The notes under the pieces: generated by a model
Database searches by the model: none
The model's input: only the letters and a program-made list of their open reading frames with translations
Told to the model about the DNA's origin: nothing
Position numbers and translations under genes: made by a program
Part shown: positions 18,888 through 26,743 of the stretch, in pieces
How positions within the stretch are numbered: the first letter of the stretch is position 1
Layout: each line of letters begins with the position of its first letter
Source of the DNA: a virus
Length of the DNA stretch: 64,000 nucleotides
Reading direction: 5' to 3' (one strand)
Virus record (IMG/VR): IMGVR_UViG_3300032677_000006

Positions 18888-20027
18888 TCAGCTGCCGGTT
18901 CGGAGTAGTTGCAGTCCCGACAGGTACCCATAGACCGCAAAGCTCATTTTTCCCGTGCTGTTGACCGCCGCCGAAACGGCCACGTAGTTCTGACCGGCTA
19001 CAAAAGACGTAGCTGCCGTGTTGTTGACCGTGTGCAAGACAGGAGCACCGCCATTAACTCCAATGTAGACGCTGCTGGTGCCCGAGGCGGCTGCCGAATA
19101 GACGTACAGGGTGTAGCTGCCGGGCGGGATGTTGCGCAGGTTGAACGTGTTGGGCACGGACGGACCGCCTGCGTACGTGTTCAACATGGGATCAAAAGTG
19201 CTCTGGGTGCCTGCCGCCGATGTCAGCGGCGCAACCCGTTCCAAATAAACGACGCTCAGGCTGCGGTCGTAATTCAGCAGCGGAATCAGCGGAGCACTGG
19301 AAAACACCCAACCATACCCGTATCCGTAGCCGCAGGTATGGTCCACCGTTGCCGTATAACTGGCGGGAGTGTAGACATTCCAGTAGTCGCTGGCGGTTTT
19401 GCCGACCTGAGCCGGACCCTGCTTGAGACCCGTGCCGTTAAAATCGACATTGACCAGCAGCTGCGTCGCGTCCGGCGTAAAATAGCGCTTCCCGCCGACC
19501 AGGGTGGCTGCCGTGCCACCACTCAGATCGCGCGGCAGGACGTCAGGAGCGAACCGGATCATGTCGTACTGGCCCAGGACCTCGGCCCCATCTTGCACCA
19601 AAAAGGTTGGATTTAGCCGCAGAGGGTCCAACGGGACGGTGCCGACGAGCACTCCCATCCAGATTTGGCTGGTTTTCGGCGGTCCAACCAGCGCCCCGCG
19701 CGTAACGGGCTGCCCCGTGACCAGCCCGGTGGAAGCCAGGCCACTAAGCGTCACCAGCACGCCCAGGCCGCAGTCAATGGTGACGTTGGTGGCGTACGTG
19801 GCCAGCAGCACCGGGTCTTCCGTGTAAAACTCCGGGAGCGACGTCCATATCCGGCTGACCGTCCCCGTGGCCGGAGCGATGGTGCTCTCTCCCGCCGCCA
19901 GCTGCACGGTGATGCCCAGGTTGACGCTGCCCTCGGCGGTGTACGCGTACAGCAGGGTGGCTGACCGGGAAAACGGCGGTCGAAACTGGGTGACCAGGTT
20001 GATGACCGACTGCGAAAGGTTGCTCAT
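18888..20027 (-). CDS. Putative virion protein: degenerate M23-like N-domain + carbohydrate-binding-like C-domain
   Basis: 'APATGTV', 'VTGQPVTRGALVG', 'PLDPL' M23 scaffold without the Zn-binding His residues. Confidence 0.5.
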   Translation of the reverse strand: MSNLSQSVINLVTQFRPPFSRSATLLYAYTAEGSVNLGITVQLAAGESTIAPATGTVSRIWTSLPEFYTEDPVLLATYATNVTIDCGLGVLVTLSGLASTGLVTGQPVTRGALVGPPKTSQIWMGVLVGTVPLDPLRLNPTFLVQDGAEVLGQYDMIRFAPDVLPRDLSGGTAATLVGGKRYFTPDATQLLVNVDFNGTGLKQGPAQVGKTASDYWNVYTPASYTATVDHTCGYGYGYGWVFSSAPLIPLLNYDRSLSVVYLERVAPLTSAAGTQSTFDPMLNTYAGGPSVPNTFNLRNIPPGSYTLYVYSAAASGTSSVYIGVNGGAPVLHTVNNTAATSFVAGQNYVAVSAAVNSTGKMSFAVYGYLSGLQLLRTGS

Positions 20028-20893
20028 GAGGGTATCGTCGGTGCGCCGTTAAAGTTGAGGGTGGACGTGTACCGTTCCACCGCTTCCGGGTAAAACGTGG
20101 CTTCCAGGGTCAGCAGCTGGGATTCGGTGTAATTCAGGTCCGACAGCTTGTACCCGGCGCACCAGCACTGCCGCAGCACCCACTTGGTGTGTTCCTCCAT
20201 CTGAGGCAGGGTGGCTGCCGCCGTGGCGGACGGTGCGCCCTGCGGACCAGCGGGCGTGCTGGTGGCCGCGCCCTGGTTCGACTGCCTGGCCGCCTGCTGC
20301 TTCAGCAGGCTGTTGTACTTGGCCACCGCAGCGAGCTGGGCACCGTTTACCTGGCCGGTGGTCGTCGTGCCGCTCAGCCCCTGGACGATATTCTGCATGT
20401 TGCCGCGCAGCAAGCTGACGTTGATGTCGAACCGGCAAGTCGTGCTAAAATTGCTGTCCAGGGTGAAATATCCCTGGGGACTGAGGCCCGCAAACCCGCC
20501 GTAGCGTGCCCCGCGCCCCGCCCGCGTCAGCGCCACCCAGGCGTCCAGCAGGTCCGCCGTGTCACTGCGGTCGGTGCCCTCCCAGGTGTCCACCACAAAG
20601 GTGATTTTAGCGGCTTCCACCGGGTCGTCCCAGTTGGGCATGTTGTACGGCACCGAGTCCCGGCGGAACACTTCCGCCTTGAGCCTGACTTCAGGCAGGC
20701 TGACGCTGCGCACAAACTGGCGCAGCTGCGCGTTGAGCTTGACGTTGGCGGCGCTCTGGATGCCGCCCGCCGCCAGGGTCAGGTCCACCAGGAACAAGTC
20801 CGAGCGCTGCGGTTCCAGCACGCTGGACGTGTTGGCGTCCGTCTGCCGTCCCCAAAGGTTAACCAGGTTCTTATTATCAGCGTCACGCGACAT
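20024..20893 (-). CDS. Tail tube-like baseplate protein (gp54/gp48-like)
   Basis: 'LEPQRSDLFLVDL' matches the tube's 'LDLQRSDLWKVNI'; 'SDLNYTES..LTLEATF'; start at ATG 20893. Confidence 0.65.
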   Translation of the reverse strand: MSRDADNKNLVNLWGRQTDANTSSVLEPQRSDLFLVDLTLAAGGIQSAANVKLNAQLRQFVRSVSLPEVRLKAEVFRRDSVPYNMPNWDDPVEAAKITFVVDTWEGTDRSDTADLLDAWVALTRAGRGARYGGFAGLSPQGYFTLDSNFSTTCRFDINVSLLRGNMQNIVQGLSGTTTTGQVNGAQLAAVAKYNSLLKQQAARQSNQGAATSTPAGPQGAPSATAAATLPQMEEHTKWVLRQCWCAGYKLSDLNYTESQLLTLEATFYPEAVERYTSTLNFNGAPTIPS

Positions 20894-20912
20894 TTGAGTA
20901 ACTACCTTGAGC

Positions 20913-21890
20913 ATGAACCTTAACTTTACGTATGCCGGAACGGTGGAGCTAAACCAGGACCCGCTGAAACTTGGCCGGTTGAAGGTTCGCGTCCCGCACG
21001 TCTATGGCACCAGCGCCACCGGCTCGGGCTACATCGGCACCGGCGACCTGCCATGGGCCATGCCAGCAGGCATGCCTGCCGGTGGCAGTGCCCTGAGCGG
21101 GGGCTTCTCCCAGATACCGGAGCCGGGCGATCCCGTCTGGGTTCGCTTCCTGGATGGGGAGCCGGAAAAGCCCATCTGGGAGTGGGGCATGCAAACCATG
21201 AACGGGGCGCAGAAACTGAAGCTGCACACCTATGACATCGGCACGCCCGTGGGCAAGCCCAACCGCACCGTCTGGACCCGCTACAGCCACGCCATCGAGA
21301 TGAACGAGGGTTCGCTGATCGCCACCACCAGCGCCGGGTACCGCATTGTTCTGACCGACGACACCGAGGTCGGCTCTTCGGACGGCAACATCATGGTCAC
21401 GACGCCCAACGGCAACTACTGCCAGTTCGACGATCTGGACGACACGGTCAAGTTCAACGTGCTCCAGGACCTGTACTTCAATGTCTACGAAGGCGTGACC
21501 GGCATCTCCAACAGCTTTTCCTGGCAGACCCTGGCCGATGACTTCAGTGTAGACAGCGGCGGCGGCATCGCCCTGACCGCTTTCGACAACATTGACATTT
21601 CCACCGTCGGCGACATCACCATCGACAGCCTGAGCGACCTGAACCTGACCACCGTCGGGGAAATGGTGCTGGGCTTCACCAACCTGACGCTGGGCATTGG
21701 GGCTACCCAGCAGGCCGTTTTGGGCAATTACCTGGTGGAATGGATCAATTCCCTGTTCGTCTGGCTGGCCGTTCACACGCACACCAGCAGCAATCCAGGG
21801 AACCCGACGTCGCCGCCCACGCAGCCCACGTCCTCGATCACCCCGGAGGCCACGCAGCTGCTTTCGCAGACCGTCACCGTGGCAGACTGA
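20913..21890 (+). CDS. Baseplate central spike (gp5/VgrG OB-fold + beta-helix, HxH apex)
   Basis: 'DPLKLGRLKVRVP', 'LPWA', 'PEPGDPVWVRFLDG', C-terminal 'HTH...PTSPP'; no lysozyme domain. Confidence 0.88.
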   Translation: MNLNFTYAGTVELNQDPLKLGRLKVRVPHVYGTSATGSGYIGTGDLPWAMPAGMPAGGSALSGGFSQIPEPGDPVWVRFLDGEPEKPIWEWGMQTMNGAQKLKLHTYDIGTPVGKPNRTVWTRYSHAIEMNEGSLIATTSAGYRIVLTDDTEVGSSDGNIMVTTPNGNYCQFDDLDDTVKFNVLQDLYFNVYEGVTGISNSFSWQTLADDFSVDSGGGIALTAFDNIDISTVGDITIDSLSDLNLTTVGEMVLGFTNLTLGIGATQQAVLGNYLVEWINSLFVWLAVHTHTSSNPGNPTSPPTQPTSSITPEATQLLSQTVTVAD

Positions 21891-21911
21891 GTTTTGCGTT
21901 CTTAGTGGCCT

Positions 21912-22676
21912 ATGGCTATTCGCACCAACCTGAAATCACTGGTCCCGCGCCGAGACGCGTACAAGCGGGAAATCACCCTGCTCTCGCGCGGCTACACCAG
22001 CCCCACGGCCTGGCCCGGCGGCAAATTGACCGTCTACCCCTGGGACAATGAAGTTGACGACTGGTTCGTGGAGAACGCCCGCAAGCTGACCAAGGAGGAG
22101 CTGATCTTTAGCCTGTTCGAGCGCTGCTGCAACCTCAACGGCGGCAGGCTGGACGATTTTGTCGCCGACGAGATCAACCTGATCCTGCTGGTGTCCCGGG
22201 CGCGCCTGGCCAACGACCATATTCGCTACACCTCCGTGTGTCCGCACTGCGGGGCCAAGAAGGACGAAACCATCGCCATTCCTGACGAGCTGGAGCCGGT
22301 GGGGGTCAAGGAGCCGGATTATCCCGGTTTCGATGTCATCACCCTGCCGGACGTCCAGGACGTCGTCAAGGTGCGCCCGCTGTTGGTCAAGGACGAGCGC
22401 GCCATCGTGGGCCGACCCACCGTGGAGCGCGCCCGGGTGCCTGACACACTGCTGCGCACCCTGATGCGGGTCGTCACCATCAACGACACCCGACCCGACG
22501 CGCTGGAAGAGCTGATCCAATGGTTTCGGGCGCTGTCGCCAGCGGATTCCAAATTTCTCGAAAAGGAGGGCCGCCGCATCACGCCGCATCTGAACACCGC
22601 CGTGCCACACAAGTGCGACGAGTGCCTGAAGACCTTCGACCACGTGCTGGACCTGGGTCAGGAGTTTTTTCGTTGA
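21912..22676 (+). CDS. Baseplate hub / tail assembly protein, T4 gp26-like
   Basis: Two CxxC pairs (CPHCG, CDEC), 'VRPLLVKDE', C-terminal EFFR. Confidence 0.75.
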   Translation: MAIRTNLKSLVPRRDAYKREITLLSRGYTSPTAWPGGKLTVYPWDNEVDDWFVENARKLTKEELIFSLFERCCNLNGGRLDDFVADEINLILLVSRARLANDHIRYTSVCPHCGAKKDETIAIPDELEPVGVKEPDYPGFDVITLPDVQDVVKVRPLLVKDERAIVGRPTVERARVPDTLLRTLMRVVTINDTRPDALEELIQWFRALSPADSKFLEKEGRRITPHLNTAVPHKCDECLKTFDHVLDLGQEFFR

Positions 22677-22851
22677 GGCGGCTTATATTAGCCGCCAAGA
22701 CCGCTGGAGAACCCTGTTTGAACTGGCCTGGGATGGCAAGGGCCTGACGCTGGAGCTAAGCCGCGTGCCCGACGACATCCTGCGCCAGATGGTCCACTGG
22801 CGCAACGAAAAAGTAGAGCAGGAAAACGAGAGAAACTCGAAATTGCGATGA
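22672..22851 (+). CDS. gp51-like domain in the +1 frame with no start codon of its own (probable frameshift extension)
   Basis: VEAAYISRQDRWRTLFELAWDGKGLTLELSRVPDDILRQMVHWRNEKVEQENERNSKLR*; absent from the ORF track. Confidence 0.6.
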   Translation, partial: VEAAYISRQDRWRTLFELAWDGKGLTLELSRVPDDILRQMVHWRNEKVEQENERNSKLR

Positions 22852-23655
22852 TCAGCGCAGCCCGAGAAAATGAGCTGATATGTTGCGAATCCATGTTTTG
22901 AATTCGTCTACACTCATTGTGTTTTTGGCATAATTGCACACTTTGCACGCGGGCACGCAGTTGCTGACAGTGTAGCCAGAGCCAGAATCCAGACGATCAA
23001 TACCGTTGTATACAAAATCTACGATTGATGTACGAGTACGGTACGACTTTGACGGCGGCGCTCCGCAGTAAAAACATTTTTCAGCTACGACGCGCTTAAA
23101 TTCATCCGGGGTCAAAACCCACGCTATACCCCGGTTCACCGCCTGTCTTTTGACTTGACCGTAGACTGCGTTAAACGAGGCGGTACCAGGAGGTAACGAC
23201 CATGCTCGTTTTGCCGCCGCTACCCTGTTCTTGATCCCCACACAGCCGCAGCTGATGGTTCCTCCGCATTTTAACGATTTTACCGCTATTGACTTTTTCT
23301 TGCCGCACGCGCAGACACAGATGACGCGTCGTTCAACTGTACTTCCATTGCGCTGCGCAGTTTCAAAAGGTTTAATATCATAGCCAATCACCGTAAGCTG
23401 TCCGAACTTTAAGCCTGTTGGATACGTAGACTTGAACCTGTCAGTTGCGCACCCAGCAAAACTACAGCCGCAGCTTTTAACTGTTCGAGCCATGAGTCTG
23501 TGCGGCCTTTCCCTAATTATATTGCCGCAGTCACAGCGACAAACGAGCATCCAAAAATACGGAGGTTTGCCGTATTTTTCGTAGCCTTTGACGACTAGCT
23601 TTCCTGTTCTAGTGCCTGGTGGAAATTTATTTTTAAGCACCGTTAGCTTTTTCAT
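22852..23655 (-). mobile_element. Free-standing HNH homing endonuclease
   Basis: Two 'GxLxV...CxCxCG...SCGC' repeats, CFYCG, 'GIDRLDSGSGYTVSNCVPACKVCN'; visibly more AT-rich. Confidence 0.88.
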
Positions 23656-23669
23656 ACCAGTACCTACAC

Positions 23670-24503
23670 ATGATAACAGCCTGCTTTGACGCAAATAGTA
23701 TTTTTGCCCGGTCCTGGTACGCCGCCGAGCGCAGCGGCGGGGAACCGCTGGACGCGGTCAGTCTGATGGTGCGCTCACTGCTGATCCTGCTGAATCCCGA
23801 CATCGACAAACTTGGGGTGTACGTAGACCGGACCCTGTTCGGCTGGGACCCCAAAAACATTTCCAGCAACAAGGGCCGAGAAACCAAACCAAAGGTATAT
23901 CATGACACCAAGGAAGCCGTTAAAGATGTTCTGGCGTTCCTCTTTGGCACTGTCAACTTTGAACACGACCAGTACGAGGCAGACAGTGTCGTGGCAACCG
24001 CCGCAGTACGCGCCGCCAAAACGGACGAAGTTTACGTGGTCTCGGGTGACAAGGACCTGCAACAGCTTCAGCGAGGGAACATCCATTACTATTGCCTGAA
24101 CACCAAGACCATCCTCTCGCCCGACTACATCCGGCGAAAATGGGGCGTGCCCCGGGCCAGCCAGGTGGCGCTGGTTCAGGCCATCACCGGCGACCCGGTG
24201 GACAACATCAAGGGCGTTCATGGCTGGGGTCCTAAAAAGTGCCGCGAGCTGTTCCGTAAGGTAAATCCAGACATGACGTTCGAGGAGGCCAAGGCGGCGC
24301 TGCTGAGCCAAATGCCGCCGGAGTGCCAGGAGCAGTTCCTGGCGTGCCTGGAGCTGACCCGCTTAAAAACCAACGTCCCGGACGTACCTGATCCGGGACG
24401 TTTGCAGCTGGCTTCCGTGGCGGAAGCCAAATCGCTCGGTATCCCCAACATCGGCCTGTTGTACAGCCGCGTCTACGAGGAGTACCAGACTAGACGGCGA
24501 TGA
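23670..24503 (+). CDS. 5'-3' exonuclease / RNase H (flap endonuclease family)
   Basis: 'FDANS', 'YEADSVVA', 'SGDKDLQQL', 'GDPVDNIKGVHGWGPK'. Confidence 0.9.
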   Translation: MITACFDANSIFARSWYAAERSGGEPLDAVSLMVRSLLILLNPDIDKLGVYVDRTLFGWDPKNISSNKGRETKPKVYHDTKEAVKDVLAFLFGTVNFEHDQYEADSVVATAAVRAAKTDEVYVVSGDKDLQQLQRGNIHYYCLNTKTILSPDYIRRKWGVPRASQVALVQAITGDPVDNIKGVHGWGPKKCRELFRKVNPDMTFEEAKAALLSQMPPECQEQFLACLELTRLKTNVPDVPDPGRLQLASVAEAKSLGIPNIGLLYSRVYEEYQTRRR

Positions 24504-24843
24504 GCGGCAGCGCTCCGCCGCTGGCCCGGTTGTAGTACCGGACCACCGTGAACTCCAACAGCGCGCCGCCGGAGGCGTTGCCTACCAGCTGAACCTGCGG
24601 ATACGTGGAGGTCACGATCAGCTGGATCACCTGGTTGGCCATCAGCGTGTTGTTGAGCAGGCTGCCCGGCGCGCCCAGGTCCGCCCAGGAGGTGCCGTTG
24701 AATTCCTGAAAATCATAATTCAGCGTGTTGACGCCGCTATTCTTCATCGTCACCATCAAGCTGGCCGGACCCTGCTGGATGACGCTGAACAGCGTAGACA
24801 AAGTCTCGCCGACGAATTGGCTGTCTGTGACGGTTGCAATCAT
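24490..24843 (-). CDS. Putative virion beta-sandwich protein
   Basis: 'LMVTMKNSGVN' motif; GTAGTTA 4 nt upstream. Confidence 0.6.
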   Translation of the reverse strand: MIATVTDSQFVGETLSTLFSVIQQGPASLMVTMKNSGVNTLNYDFQEFNGTSWADLGAPGSLLNNTLMANQVIQLIVTSTYPQVQLVGNASGGALLEFTVVRYYNRASGGALPLIAV

Positions 24844-24850
24844 ACGCTAA

Positions 24851-25177
24851 CTACTGTGCGTTGGGATTCCGGTAGTTGTACACGTCCCGGCTCTGGTGCA
24901 AGCCCAACATCCGGCTCGTTTCACTGCCGGGTTCCGCCTGCCTAAATAACCGCCTGAGCTGAGGCTCAATGCGTTGCCAGGCCGCTTCCGCCTGTTCACG
25001 GCTCACGGGACCAACAGCTTGGCCTGTTGTCGGGTCCTTGAAGCCATGAACTCGTTCCTCAACAAAGCGCTCACGAATTTGGGTCATAGCGCCATCCAGT
25101 TCTCCGGGTACTGCGCTGTGTTGCGTGGTGGCCTCGATGTCGGCCTCGCCGATAATTTTCTGGATAAGTTTGTTCAT
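24851..25177 (-). CDS. Hypothetical protein with N-terminal 'LIQKIIGE' tag
   Basis: Tight packing with neighbours. Confidence 0.6.
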   Translation of the reverse strand: MNKLIQKIIGEADIEATTQHSAVPGELDGAMTQIRERFVEERVHGFKDPTTGQAVGPVSREQAEAAWQRIEPQLRRLFRQAEPGSETSRMLGLHQSRDVYNYRNPNAQ

Positions 25178-25179
25178 AG

Positions 25180-25725
25180 CTAAAATCGAATTCTCCAGGT
25201 CAGCGTGGGCGCGTAATCTGAAGTCTTGTTGATGCTGGTGGCGCGGACCTTGCGGGTCACCAGCGCCTGGCCGCCCGTCAGCAAGCCCATCTCGCTAATC
25301 AGCGTGCCGTTGGCCTCGGTGGTGCCGATGGTGAAAGCTACGCGCACCACGAAAGGCGACATGTAGTCAATCGAGTCCACGGCCTTGTGGTACAGCGAGC
25401 TGGGGAACAGGATGGGCGCGGCCAGCGCCACGTCCGTCACCTGGGCCGCCGTCGTGCCGGTGCCGATGGCAAACAAACTGATGGCGTAGTTGACCGTCGG
25501 GCTGCGGCCCCCGAAAGCAAAAGCCATGGCCTGGCGGCCTTGGTCGAGGAATAGATTCTTGCCCACAGGCACCTCGTGGCGCTCCAGGCCCCAGCCAGCG
25601 GGCTGCCGCCCGGCGGGTGCCTTGATCCAGCCGTAGTCGACGGCCTGCTGCGTGGACAGCTCCTGGCCGTCCGCCAAGGTTATCTTGGAGATGGACACAA
25701 ACCCAACTGGACGCGGTAACATCAT
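25180..25725 (-). CDS. Baseplate wedge / tail-collar-like protein
   Basis: 'KNL...G', 'AIGTGTTAAQVTDVAL', 'EANG..ISEMGL', 'TLTWRIRF'. Confidence 0.7.
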   Translation of the reverse strand: MMLPRPVGFVSISKITLADGQELSTQQAVDYGWIKAPAGRQPAGWGLERHEVPVGKNLFLDQGRQAMAFAFGGRSPTVNYAISLFAIGTGTTAAQVTDVALAAPILFPSSLYHKAVDSIDYMSPFVVRVAFTIGTTEANGTLISEMGLLTGGQALVTRKVRATSINKTSDYAPTLTWRIRF

Positions 25726-26117
25726 AGCGGCAAATCCTCTTCCGGCTCAGCCACGCCTGCGGTATCCACAGCCAGCCGGAAAGCGGCGTAATCGTCCGGG
25801 TCCACCCCTTTGGGCGGCGTCGGGGACAGGGCCTCGTACCGTTTAATCTCACGCAGGCGGCTGGCCCGGCGCTCGGACAGCTTGCGGATCACCTGACGGG
25901 CCAGGGACTCCAGCTTGGGCGTAAAGATCGCCTGGCAGTCCGGACACGACGCTTGCTCACCCGCCTCGGACTCGGACACCAAGGCGTTCAGCTGGCCACA
26001 GCTCGGGCAGACGTGGGCGGTCCCCAAGTCAAACTCCGGCAGAGGGGCCACTTCGAGCAGTGGACGCTCAACCGGAGTACAGACCCGCAAGATGGCTTCT
26101 TTGTAGCGGTCGTACAT
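25722..26117 (-). CDS. Zn-ribbon hypothetical protein
   Basis: CPSCG and CPDC pairs; translationally coupled to the tube gene. Confidence 0.6.
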   Translation of the reverse strand: MYDRYKEAILRVCTPVERPLLEVAPLPEFDLGTAHVCPSCGQLNALVSESEAGEQASCPDCQAIFTPKLESLARQVIRKLSERRASRLREIKRYEALSPTPPKGVDPDDYAAFRLAVDTAGVAEPEEDLPL

Positions 26118-26737
26118 TACGTGGCGAGCACCGGCGTCGTCACCATGCTGTTGACGTCCACCGGATAGTACCGGTCAATCTGGAGGGAAAACATCATGTT
26201 CACGAAGCCGCTGGCGGTCATGTCGCCGTCGCTGAACTTCAGGCCCTTGGGCTGGCAGCCTTCCAGAACGTAGGTCAAGCCCGGGTCCATGGTGGACGCC
26301 CCCGGCTGGGCCTGGTTGTTGATGTCGTTGACCATGTTCTGCATGTTGGGCGTGTACCAAGTCATGCGACCCATGGCCTTCACCTGGGAGGTCAGGCCGA
26401 CCCCGCCGGTGCGCGGATTGGAACTCAGCCAGAACCACTTTTCCAGGGCTTCCGCCGCCCGGGTGGAGAAGGCGTAGCGCACCGGAATTTCGATGGCAGG
26501 CGTCGGCGTGTCCTTGCCGATCAGCAGGTTGGTCTGCTGCATGTATTTCACTTCGATCATCTCACGCTCCCGGTTCGGGAACGGAAACTTCTCCAGCAGG
26601 AATTGAACGTCATCCACCCACTGGTAACCCAGCACCTGGGGAAGGCTGATGTTTACCTTCCACAGATCGGAGCGCTGCAAGTCCAAGCTGGTCGCGCTGG
26701 TCTGCGCGCCAAAGGTGTTGTTGAATCCAATTTTCAT
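26117..26737 (-). CDS. Tail tube protein (T4 gp19-like)
   Basis: Directly after the sheath; 'YVLEGCQPKGLKFSDGDM...FSLQIDR'. Confidence 0.85.
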   Translation of the reverse strand: MKIGFNNTFGAQTSATSLDLQRSDLWKVNISLPQVLGYQWVDDVQFLLEKFPFPNREREMIEVKYMQQTNLLIGKDTPTPAIEIPVRYAFSTRAAEALEKWFWLSSNPRTGGVGLTSQVKAMGRMTWYTPNMQNMVNDINNQAQPGASTMDPGLTYVLEGCQPKGLKFSDGDMTASGFVNMMFSLQIDRYYPVDVNSMVTTPVLAT

Positions 26738-26743
26738 AGTCGA

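Noticed and set aside
22520-22747. -1 frame extension at the TTTTTT run
   Set aside because: Gives only about 25 further codons with no protein-like pattern and leaves a 100-nt gap; the +1/-2 frame fits much better
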